Assembly: GCA_036867785.1 (NCBI GenBank)
Contig: CP145411.1
Span: 186,001-250,000, forward strand
Length of the DNA: 64,000 bases
DNA from: Plasmodiophora brassicae
Taxonomy: Eukaryota
Reading direction: 5' to 3'
The position numbers were made by a program, and so were the translations under genes. Within the stretch, counting starts at the first letter, position 1. Every line of letters starts with the position of its first letter. Below, piece by piece: positions 50,411-61,187 of this stretch. The notes under the pieces are model-generated. The model was not told where the DNA came from and ran no database searches. It was given only the letters and a program-made list of their open reading frames with translations.

Positions 50411-52087
50411 ATGGAAGAATCCGCCTCGCTCCCTACGGAAGAGCGGACCGCGCCGACGCAAGTTTCGACGCTTCAGGCAGACCTGAAGCGCATCCTGGAG
50501 GAACAGATCCTGACGGATATTGAAATTGTCGTTGGCGAGAGCCGGTTCCCTGCGCACCGTGCGATCCTCTGCGCCCGGGTCCCGTACTTCCAGCAGCTGC
50601 TGACGGCTCGTGGTGAAGCGGGAGGACCGACAACGTCCTGGGTCGAGACCACCTTGGGTGTCTTCTCTAAACCGAACACGAGCCCGGGCGCGATCTCCGC
50701 CTTGCTGGCGTACGTTTACACTGACACCCTCCCAGAGATCGACAATCCTGGCCTACTGCTTGAACTGTTCCAGCTCGCGGACGAAATGCAAATGCAACCG
50801 CTCATGGACACCATAGGGTTGATGCTCGCCGACTTTGTTGATGACTCATTATCATCCACAGGACCGATTGCACGCGTCGTCGACACTGTGATTTGTCCTT
50901 GTCTGACGATCGCTGAACGGCATGGTGCCACACGGCTGTCTCAACGCATACTGAGCGCGACTGTCGAGAACATGAACGCAGTAATGCGGCAACCTGATGC
51001 CATGCACAGGTAGGAGTGGAGAATGACCCGATAGATGCCAGGTTCTGACAATGGGAATGCCTAGTCTCCAGGATAGGACGTCGCCCTCGATGATGCTCCA
51101 GATCCTGTCGAGCGACCGTCTCGACTTGGACGAGGTTGACGTGCTTGATTTCTCCATAAGTTACTGCTGTAGGAAAGCGGGCTCGTCCTTCACAGGTGAC
51201 ACATACCTTAGACGTTCCCACTGCCAATCTGACTTGCCTCAGATGTGAGGAACGTTGGCATGCCTAGCTATGCATATGGCGTACGCGTTCATGCAGCTGG
51301 CGGCGATGAGCGGGACAAGGAATCGGACCTGGTTAGCATGCTGACCATGTTACTAGGGGCCGTTCGATTTACGCTGATGAACGCCAACCAATTCTCAGAC
51401 GCCATCCGCTGTGCGTCGTCGTTCGTGTCTCGTGACCGGTTCTTTAAGGTTTGCGAGTACTTCATGACGTCGCGGTCGCCATCCGCCCCGCCCGACCGGC
51501 CTCGAACTGGGCGAGTCCTGCCTTCTGCCATTATCGGTCGGGGCTCCGATCGGTTGCTTCACCAATGGGTAACGGAATCGTGGCCGGAGACGTATACGCC
51601 CAAGAAGAGCAAATCGGTGTTGACCTTCCGGGTCATCTACAGGGCGTCGCGGGACGGGTTCTTTGCCCGCTCGTTTCACGACAAGTGTGATGGAAAGGGG
51701 CCGACCGTCGTGCTGGTCCGCAGCACAAATGGGTATGTGTTCGGCGGGTTCAACGCGAACTCTTGGGCGTCGTACGGCAGTTCGTCGTCGAGGCACAACT
51801 TCCTGTTCGCGCTGACTGGCCCGAATCGGAAGTACCCGGTGACAGAGCCAGAGTACGCGTGCGTCAACAATCAGGCGTGCGGGCCCGTGTTCGGGCGGGG
51901 CCCCGACCTGTCCATCTCCGACATGTCCAACGCATCGAATGCCTCCTACAACGCATCGAATATCTCCTATAACTTCGCCCGATCGTACCTGGGCGCGTCG
52001 GGGCTCGCCGGCCACGGCTTTGTCAGTTTCGAAGTCCAAGACTACGAGGTCTTCGCTGTCGAATGGACGACAACCGCTGCTGAGTGA
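50411..52087 (+). CDS. BTB/POZ-(BACK-like)-TLDc domain protein (3 exons)
   Basis: TDIEIVVGESRFPAHRAILCARVPYF, LLAYVYTD (BTB); IYRASRDGF..FHDKCDGKGPTVVLVRS..YVFGGF, GPVFGRGPDL, YEVF (TLDc). Confidence 0.92.
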
Positions 52088-52130
52088 CCCGGCATGTTCC
52101 CGGTTTTACTTTGGATAAATGATCGAGAAA

Positions 52131-52293
52131 TCAGTTTCATGACGGCTGCTTGATGGCAGCGCAGAGGGCAGGCGCCTTAGGACGACGGTCGCCGCCGTCG
52201 TCGGATATGGTCGACTTCATGTCGCTCTCGAACCGGACTAGAACGGGTGATTGCGTGTCATCGTTCCCGTTGAAGATGAACTCGTCGGTATCG
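52131..52293 (-). pseudogene. 3'-end remnant of the GH26 gene at 19197-20312
   Basis: DTDEFIFNGNDDTQSPVLVRFESDM..RPKAPA aligns with DTDMRIFNEHDDTKSPVLVRFESDM..RPKAPA; the catalytic domain is absent. Confidence 0.85.
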
Positions 52294-52645
52294 CTCTCTG
52301 CCATCGTAATGCTGATACGTCTGGAGCGACGCAACATGGATGAAAATCACCACCGCGACGGCCGAGCAGGCGACGACGAATCACGATTTGACGGAAGGGC
52401 CGGGGGTCCGGTTCGCACGATACCGAGCGTAGGCGATAACGTCCACTGTCTGCTGACGTCCTAAACTCCGGTACGAAGACACGCGCAGCCGATCCTGTCG
52501 GCGCGGACGTCTGTGCGCTTCTACGCCCTCATCTCGTGCGCCATCCAACGGTGGGGCCGCCCGTTGGATGCCGCCTCCCTCAGCGATGCATGACAGAGAG
52601 GTGGCCAGCTGCGTGTGCCAGGTGATAACGTGTTGGGACAGAATG

Positions 52646-54307
52646 TTATTGTGCAGAGTCGTGATGTTCGTTGCGCGATTCAGCGATCCATTTGCCGACG
52701 AGCTTGCCGATCTTGAGTCGTCCTTCGCGCAGGGCGCTGGAGTCGTCGGGCGTCGACGGTTTCATGTCCTGGCAGTGGGACGCGCCGCGAATGTAGACGG
52801 CCTTCTGGCGCTGGACGTGCTGCTCGTTCAGGATCGACAGGCTGTGCCATGGGTCGATGTCGCCGTTGACGAAGAGGATCCGTGAGACGCCCGGGTGGAA
52901 GCCGCCGTACAACGTGTTCGTGAACTCGATCGAATCGAAGATCTGCTGCTCGCCCATCCCGAACAGGTCGTTGCACAACCGCAAGCTGGCGTTCAGGTCG
53001 ATCCGCTCACTGAACAGGCACCGGTGCTTGAACCGGCACTCCTGGTAGTACCCGAGCTCGGCACACGTCTGGAAGATCCATTGGCGATCCGTCGACGTTG
53101 CCGAATACGTCGGGTTGGACAGCCCCTGCACCATCGCATCGTACGAGAAGCTGTGGCACTGACTCGAGAACGTCCGCACGAGGTCGTCGTTCAGCTTGGC
53201 GAGGTGCCCGATCGCCGATGTCCCATGGCCGGTGAACAGGCGGCAGATCTTGGCTACGTTCAGCGGCACCTGATTGTTGTACTGGACGGCGCCCTGGAAG
53301 ATCCCGGCCAGGCTCTGCATCAGCTGTACGTAGTCCCTGTCGCCTGTCAGCGGTTCACACGCCTTGAACAGGCGGGACAGCCGGTCCAGGCCGCCATCCG
53401 ACTGATGGACGCGTTCCACTTCGCGGAAGGCCTGCTGGATCCGGGCCTGGCAATGCGGCGACCCGCCAACGGCCTCATCGCCGAACGAGTCGCTGACAAC
53501 CTCCATGTACCCGAAGAAGCCAACTCGGGCGCGGATCGGGGCCGAGCTTGCGACGGCGGCGAACACCTGCGATGGGAACTTCATACGCAGCCAGGCGGAT
53601 AACGCCCCAGGGTAACTGCCGCCGAACGTGATCACAGGATTGGATCGGGACAGCCTGAATTTGTCGTGGATGTGCTCCAGGAACGTGGCCAGGTCGGCCA
53701 GCGCCTGCTGCGACGACAGCAGGCGCAGGTTGCCGGTGCTTGAGTCTGTCGTTGGCCACGATTTGCCTGATGGGGGAGCGTTTGAGAGACGACCCAGCTG
53801 GACGGGCACGTGGCGAACTGACCGTAGTAGCGATGCTCGACGGCGATGACGAGCGCGTTGTGCTGCTCGGCGAGTTCGACGTGATGGCCTAGGACGACGT
53901 CCAGTGGGGAGATGGGGCTCTCGCCGCCAATGTAGACGAACACAGGGCCGCTGGTCGCATCGAAGAACGTCGCGTTGATGAAGAATCGCTGCCAGAATTT
54001 ACTCCGGTCCAGCGTGTCGAAGTGGTCGACCTTCTGATGGAACCACCGTTCGGGCGGCAGTTCGTCAGCCTGTCGTATCGAGCGGTTAGAGCATGCGAGC
54101 GCCGCGATCGGATTGGAGTGTCGTCGCTACCGAGAAGCGCTTCATGTCGGCGGGCGTGAGGAACAAATGGGGGACGAACGTGGCGCGATACGTGGCGTAC
54201 GTCGACGCAGTCGTGGTCACGTTGCCGTCAGATGGGGCGGCGGCAGCAGTGACGATGGCGAGCGCCGCCAGGATCGCACTGGCATTGGATATGGGGACGT
54301 TCATCAT
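52646..54307 (-). CDS. Secreted S28 serine peptidase (Pro-X carboxypeptidase/thymus-specific serine protease-like; multi-exon)
   Basis: Signal peptide; WFHQKVDHFD..QRFFIN, FVYIGGE, VEHRYYG, SSQQALADLA, FGGSYPGALSAW.R.K.P, ASSAP, WIFQTCAELG, NGDIDPWH, SHCQDM. Confidence 0.93.
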
Positions 54308-54765
54308 CGGGTTCGAATTTTGGTTTGGTTCAGCAACTTCCGGCGTGACTCACGATGAGGCTGCCGAAACATGTCATGAGAACATCGGAGAGCGGTATGC
54401 TCCGCCCCGCGCCTGGACAAGATCAGTACCAGACCGGAGCGCATGGGAGCCTGAGTCGGCTCCCAAACCATTCTTTTAGCGATGCTTTAATTTCCAGTCA
54501 AAGAATCAAACTGAAATCAAAGCGCCGCGTACGCTTCCTCTAGTCATGTAGCAGGCATCTTCAACTGGTTTCCCACGGTGCATGCTGCTCAGGAGATCGC
54601 CGGCATTGACGAATTTGATCGTTTGCGCTGCTGCCTCAATTCGAGGCAGCCGTCGAGATAGCTTGCGGCACCGTGTCACATGCATGATCGACAGTTTAAA
54701 ACCTTCACCACCAACACTGCGTTCAAGGATATTCTCATCACGCGTATTAGTCTGCCGAGCTTTGC

Positions 54766-54910
54766 GCCTTCGCCACACACTGCGCGAGTCCGTCGCCCCA
54801 CGCATTGCGCGAGAGCCTTCGTCACGCTCTGTGCGAGAGAGCCTTCGCCACATGGACTACTGCGCGAGAGCCTTCGCCACGCACTGCGCGAGATCCGTCG
54901 TCCCACGCAT
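54766..54910. repeat. Degenerate ~24-bp minisatellite, ~6 copies
   Basis: Consensus gagccttcgccacgcactgcgcga, lying between the divergent S28 and FAD-oxidase genes. Confidence 0.8.
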
Positions 54911-55058
54911 GGGTACCTGTAATTTATAGGGGCTCCTCGCGAGCCTCGATTTAGATCAAAGACCTCGGCGAAATGGGGATCGGTCTACCGCGGCAGCGCC
55001 GCCTCATTCTGCTATTGAGGCCCGACGACTGTGAATTGCTGACACGCGACAAGTTCCC

Positions 55059-58000
55059 ATGTGCCGCTGGGGTGCCGTCCTGGTCCTGGTCGCCGCCGTC
55101 GCCACGTGCCTGGATGCTGGCCAACCGGTCCCGCCGGCGGCGTCATCCGCTCGTCTCGTTTGGTCCTCCACGAAAGCGCTCGTGCCGCGCATCGTCAAGC
55201 TCGCCCTGCCCGCCGTCGGCGCCTATACCGTGTTGCGCTCCGCCCGCCCCGTCGTACGCCCAGCCATCTCCGCCCTGAAATGGACCGGCAAGAAACTCGT
55301 ATCGACCGTGAAGACGACGGTGCGCTGGATGTCGGCCACCGCGATCAAGGCGGGGCGTTTCGCTGCGAAATCGCAGCCGGTGTCGGGCGTGGAGATCGGC
55401 CTGGCCGCCATGGCCGTCCTGTCGATCGGTCACCTGCCGGGGACGCCGCTCCCGATCACGCCGACCAAGATCCTGTCCACGCTGGGCCTGTACACTCTGC
55501 TGACCGCGTCACCGGTGCGCCGCCTCGTGACCGGCCCCCTGCGTACCGCCTTCTCCACGCTGCTGTCCGCCAAGGTCCCCATGCCGAACGCCGTCTTCGT
55601 CGCCATCGCCGCTGCGTTCCTGCCCGCTCGCAACAAGCGCACCGCCGTGCTCGCCGCCCTGTCGCTCGTCCGTCTGCTGTCCCAGATCCCGCTGCCGGTC
55701 GGGACGCCGCCGTCTCCCGCACTGGAGACGGCACGGTTCCAGGTCACGGCCGACGACGTGTCGCGCATGTCCCTGACGCCGATCCGGCGCGTGTTCCACC
55801 CGCGAACCATGGCCGACGTCGTGCGCGTCGTGCGCGAGGCGAACCAGCGGGGCGTGCCGGTGTCGGCACGTGGCACGTCGCACTCGATGGGCGGGCAGTC
55901 GATCGCCGCAGACGGGTTCCTCGTCGACATGAAGCACATGGACGAGATCACGGTGCATCCGGAGCAGGCGACGGCGGACGTGGGCCCGGCGCCACCTGGT
56001 GCCAGGTGATCCGGGCCGCCAACCGGCACGCGCTGTCGCCGTCCGTCATGCAGAGTTACTGTTCGTTCGCCGTCGGCGGCACCGTCAGCGTGAACGCGCA
56101 CGGCGTCACCAGCGACGAGGCCATGCACGCCAGCATCGTTTCCATGAAGGTGGTCAACGCCGACGGCGACCTGATCGTTGTGGATCGCGACGGACCGCAC
56201 GCCGACCTGTTCGGGCACGTCATCGGCGGGTACGGCCTGTTCGGCATCATCGTCCAGGTGAGGATCCGCCTGCAGGCCAACGTGCGCCTGTCGATGCGGG
56301 TCCATTCGTTCACCGGCGGCGACGAGTTCATGGCGTTTTACACGCGCACAACATTGAACGACCCGGAGGTCAACGTCAAGCTCGCCCGGCTCGACCTGCT
56401 GCAGTCGGGCGACGACTCGCCGATCAAGTTGTATTCGTTCATGAGGCGCACGCCGACGTCGACCGTCTCCGACATTGCCCTGCGCGGTCGCCAGATGACC
56501 GACGCCAGCAAGTTCCTGTACAAGTGGATCGCGCCGACCCCGTTCGGGCGTCGTATGCGAACGACGGTGGAAACGCTGACGGGGACGCCCGCCGACTGGA
56601 ACCTGGACACGGCCGGCGAACGCAATTCGCTGCTGTACGAGTCGGCGGACCCGCTCGCCAAGCTGTACACCTGGGTGGTCCACGTCGACGACACGTTCGT
56701 CCTGCAGGAGTACTTCCTGGCGTTCGACCAGGCGGCCGCCTGGATCCGCCTGGCGCGTCGCATCCTGCAGCGCTGGGCGAAGCGGAAGAACGCGCCGCGC
56801 CTCCTGAATTGCACGATCCGCACGGTGCGCAACGACACGTGCACGGCGCTACCTTACGCCAGCGGGCGCGATCGCATCGCGTTCGTCCTGTACTACCGCC
56901 TGCAGAAGCCGTACGAGAACATGCTGGCCGAGATCCACAACGAGCTCGTCGAGGCGACCCTGTCCCTGCAGGGCACGTTCTACCTGCCGTACCGCCTGCA
57001 CTACACCGACGACCAGGTGCGTAGGGCGTACCCGCGGATCGGCGCGTTCCTCGCCAAGAAGCAGCAGTACGACCCGCGCGGCATCTTCTCGAACGCGTTC
57101 TGGGAGAAACATCGTCACATGGCGGATGCGGTTGCCTTCCCGTCACCGATGGCGTTTGTTCCTGAACAACAAGTGCCCGGATGGGAGCCAGCGGACGTGA
57201 CCGTGACGCGTCGGGACCCGACACGGTCGTCGCTGGCGACGGTGATTCGCGACCCAGTGCTGGCGCATGCGTTCAAGGAGCATTTCCTGGTCAGCGTTTT
57301 CCGTCTGGAGAACCCGGACGCCCTGTTCGATGTTGTCTGCAAGGCCCTGGACGATTGCCCGGATAACACGGACGCCTGCGTGTACGTGCGCATCCAGGAG
57401 CGCTTACGTCAGCGTCCCTGGCAGGCCGTCCTCGGCGCCGGCTACGCGTACCGCGGCTGGCGCCAGATCGTTCGTCAACGCGGCGAATGGGTCGACGAGG
57501 CTTCGTCGATCATCAGCGACCTGCGCGGGTCAGTACCCCTTTGAACGGCACTCTGCGAATCGTTGACAACTTGACATGGCAGATCCGTTCCTGCGATCGA
57601 CGGGCTGGCGTCGATTGGCGATCCGGGACGGACCGTGAAGGCTCTGGCGGGTCGCCTGCGTATCTCCGGCAACCGATACGTTATCCATGACGCGCGTCGT
57701 GGCCTCACCGATGTGCTCGAGCGCAATAGCCTGGGCGACGTGGGCGAGTTCGTGCAGTGGTCGCCGGACGTCGGCACGGTCGACGTCCCGGACGCGTCCG
57801 TGGACCTGGTGACCGTGTTCACCGGTCTGCATCACATCCCATTGGACCGTCTGTCCGTCGTTCTTGACGAGGTCTATCGCATCCTGCGTCCCGGTGGCAT
57901 CTTCCTGGTGCGTGAGCACGATTGCACGGACGCCCTGGTCCCCATGGTCGAGGTGGCGCACACCGTCTTCAACGCCGTCACCGGCGTGCCCATCACAGAC

Positions 58001-58990
58001 GAGGTCGACGAGATCCGTCACTTCCGTACCGTTTCCGAATGGCGTGCCCTAATCACGTCGCACCACTTCCTCGACGCCATGCTGTTCTCCGTCCAGGACT
58101 TCGACCCGACCGTCGATGTCATGATGACGTTCGCCAAGGCGCCGTGGATGTCGCCACCAGCACCGCCGGTTCGTTACCAGGCGCCGGGATTGGTGCCAGT
58201 GCCCAGCGCGTACGATGCGAGCACGTCGGCGTACTGTGTCCCCGAATGGCAGATTGTGGACCTGGCGAAACGGTTCTCCATGTCCCTGGACCGGACGCCC
58301 TGGTTCCGGTTCCCGTTCATTGGCTCGATGCGCGACGTGTGGCGATCGTTCTGGCACAGCACCCGGTCGGTTGCCGAACGGGAAGGGATGCCCCGGGCGC
58401 TGACCAGCAACGGGTTCGCGGTCAGCGCTGTCATCACGGTCGCGTATAGCGCGTTCGCGGTTCAGGCGGCGGCGCTGGCACTGCCATTGCAGATGATGTT
58501 CCCGGATGATGTGTACCCGCTCGTCAAGATTGAGATCGAGTCCGACGATGGACTCGCCAACCTGAACGGCGACCTCGGTCATCATTCGGCGGTCGTGAAG
58601 CGAAACGAAGTGAATGGCAATGTGGCACGTTCCATGATCGAGTGCGAGCAGCACGTCCCGTTCACGAAGGTGCTGTTGCGGTTGGCGGCAGGGTCGCCGA
58701 CGACTGTACTGGTGTCTGTGGACGGGTTGACAGCGGCAGCCGGCACGCGCCTGTCGCTGCTGATGACGGGCGCCGCTGGCGTGGTGTCGGAGGCGGAACT
58801 GGAAGGCAGTGTCCCCGGCGCTCATGTCGTCTGGGCGCGTCGCCCCGCCGTCGACACCTCCAAGTTGCACGCATCGGTGGAAGTGCCGATGGGCGTGCTG
58901 CTCGATTTCCTCAGGATGTACCCAGAGGCGGAGCCCGGCCACGACGACGATCTGTGGCGCACCGTCCAGGTCTATGGGTTCTACGAATGA
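55059..58990 (+). CDS. Signal-peptide FAD-binding (VAO/PCMH-type) oxidoreductase fused to class I SAM methyltransferase; 1-nt frameshift ~55985-55989; intron ~57529-57582
   Basis: RGTSHSMGGQS, VMQSYCSFAVGGTVSVNAHG, IGGYGLFGII, LQEYF, GTFYLPY, YDPRGIFSN; SIGDPGR, VDLVTVFTGLHH, RILRPGGIFLVREHD; C-terminal VPEWQIV..PWFRFPF. Confidence 0.82.
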
Positions 58991-59172
58991 CGTACAGGTT
59001 TACAGTAATTCTACGAATGATTTTCCCGGTCTGCGTTTTCTGCGAATATGATGTTTGCAATACAAACACTTGTTGACATTTCCCAGCAGACTCGGATGTG
59101 GCTGACCTGGCCATGCACGCTCCAATGTCTCGCTGTTCAAAGACGTTGCCTGGTGTAGAACGGGTATGCTGG

Positions 59173-59500
59173 TCAGGACAGCCGGTGGCACAAGTCAATC
59201 TGGTCGTCGGACAAGCCGTGCACGGGCCGGAGATGCCTCGTCAAGTAGTCCCGACAGTCACCTTGTGACAGAATAACGAGGGCACTCAGCCGACGTATGC
59301 GCACGGCACGAGCGTATGTGCAATGTAAGGGCGATATCTGGCGATTTGTACATCCGCAGGCAGAATGGGCACTGGGCTGGGAGCCCGACATGCGTCTCGC
59401 GCTGGTCTTCCGAGAAGCCATAAATCGTCTGAAGGTGTCGGCGCTGGTGGCCTCGTCTGCTAAACGTGACGTTCGGGCAAAGGAGACACCTCAGCAATTG
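59173..59500 (-). pseudogene. Possible degenerate C2H2 zinc-finger remnant
   Basis: CLLCPNVTFSRRGHQRRHLQTIY, CPFC..LTLHIRSC and YLTRHLRPVH occur in shifted frames. Confidence 0.3.
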
Positions 59501-59683
59501 AGCATGGTTGAAGGACTCTTCCGCTCTATATCCTTCCCAGACCGGGCGCCATTTCCAGAACCCCTCCCGCAAGGGATTGTATTAGTATTATACGAACTGT
59601 GATAGACCGACTGCCACGGGACCACCGAAAATTAGCTTGCTGCTAGTGGCATTCAATTCCCTGACGACCGGTGTAAAGACATC

Positions 59684-60356
59684 GTGGCAATGATGGCTGG
59701 AACGGAAATATCATCTCCTGTAACGGGACCATCAGGGAACCTGGATCGCGCCGCGCTGACCCAACACGTGCTGGCGTTCGTGGCGCCGATCGGCGGCGCC
59801 GTCCTGAACGTCAAGATGTGCCCGACCGGGAGCCTGACGACGGCGCACGCCATTGTCGAGTTCGGGCCGTTGCACATGACGCCCAGGCCGCGTTCGGTAC
59901 GCTCGGTCGTACCACCCGTGTCGCGGGCTGACCATGTCTCCCCGATTGTCAGGCCAGTCCGGGAACGAGCTGTTGGGCCGAAGCGTGAAGGTGGGCATGT
60001 CCGAGAACCCGATCGGGCCGAACGCCGGCGCCGTCGCGACGACGGACGACTTCCGCAGGAAGGAGCTGGCGCTGGAGATGGTGCGAGAGGCCCAGGAGCG
60101 CCTGGATCGAAAGGCGAAGCAGGACGGGCAGGTGTCGTCCGAGGTCAAGCGCGACAGCCGGTCCCGGTCCCACATCGCGAGTCGCAGCCCAAGCCGGAGA
60201 CGGTCGTCCCGTCATCGTCGTCACCGTCATCGGCACGGAAGTGTTCCAATGGGTGCCCCGAGCGGACGCCTCACCGATCATGACCAGTGCCACTGTGGCC
60301 CCGGCAATGTCTCGGCGAACGGGGCGAACAGCAGCGCCCAACGACCGGCGCCTTAG
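59684..60356 (+). pseudogene. RRM + RS-rich fragment (SR-related splicing-factor-like), probably degenerate
   Basis: GNLD..VLNVKM..AIVEF, then ELLGRSVKVG in another frame, then RDSRSRSHIASRSPSRRRSSRHRRH. Confidence 0.45.
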
Positions 60357-60673
60357 CAATACAGCAGACGGGCAGTGGATGCGGGCAGTGCAGCGCCCAC
60401 GTTCTTTGCTGACCGTCAGGGGCGACCCCCATCGCACCCCTCGCGGCTTCAGGAACGAGAAACACCCCAGGAAGATGCCGATGACGAGGTGCCCTGGGCC
60501 GACAACCGCTACTAGAGGAGGACCTGAAACGGGGGGGGGGGGCACTCTATACCGTCCGGTGCGCGCTCTGGGAACACGCCCGCCATCCCGGATTCAAGCA
60601 CGCCCTTGCAGGACTCTGGCGTGACGAGGAACCAATCCAACAAGTGGCGTCGGCGGGGCCGAAGCGCGTGACT

Positions 60674-60830
60674 CTACACATGCCGCCACCATACCGGGTT
60701 CTGCTGCCGCGCCCTGGCAAAGTTATCGAGCATTGTAAAGGCGTCCGACAGGTGGTACTTCTTGGCGCGCAGGAACACTAACAGACGAGCAGGCCGAAGA
60801 AGTTATTCCCTACCAAATACGTCGTCAACT
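60674..60830 (-). pseudogene. CRAL-TRIO N-terminal domain remnant
   Basis: VDDVF|VFLRAKKYHLSDAFTMLDNFARARQQNPVWW* resembles DD.FLLRFLRARKF..AF.ML.N..WR..P; it stops immediately afterwards. Confidence 0.4.
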
Positions 60831-61187
60831 CCGAGTGCAGGATGTGGAAGCTCTCGACGATTCACGCAACGACGTCGCGCGCAAGCTCGTCGAACACGTC
60901 GTACAATACACGGTTACGAATGCCCCACAGGACCGACTCGACGAGGCGACCGTCAGCGAACGTTCACAATCTCCAAGATGGCAATGAGCTGCTTGCTCAG
61001 CGCTCAGGTGGACACCAGGGTTGTCGATGGAATCCAGGACGGTAAAATATATCGACCGGCAGACTGTTATTATTGCTGTCGTGCGCCATGCCATCATTCC
61101 ACGAGCAGGACAGGACCGGCCTCTGAACGGGCACATTTCCAATATTCCGGTCGACATCTGGGCGCACGTCTTGACCGGTCGAACGAG

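Noticed and set aside
52440-52495. Possible extension of the inverted duplication matching ~18920-18960
   Set aside because: Only a short, weak similarity by eye; needs an alignment.
54766-54910. Possible CRISPR array
   Set aside because: Adjacent degenerate units with no unique spacers, no cas genes, and a eukaryotic context.
55061-55980. Arg/Pro-rich N-terminal part of the 827-aa ORF
   Set aside because: Off-frame; the true coding frame before the frameshift is that of 55059-56009.
60530-60542. Poly-G run as a regulatory or G-quadruplex element
   Set aside because: Isolated homopolymer with no supporting context.
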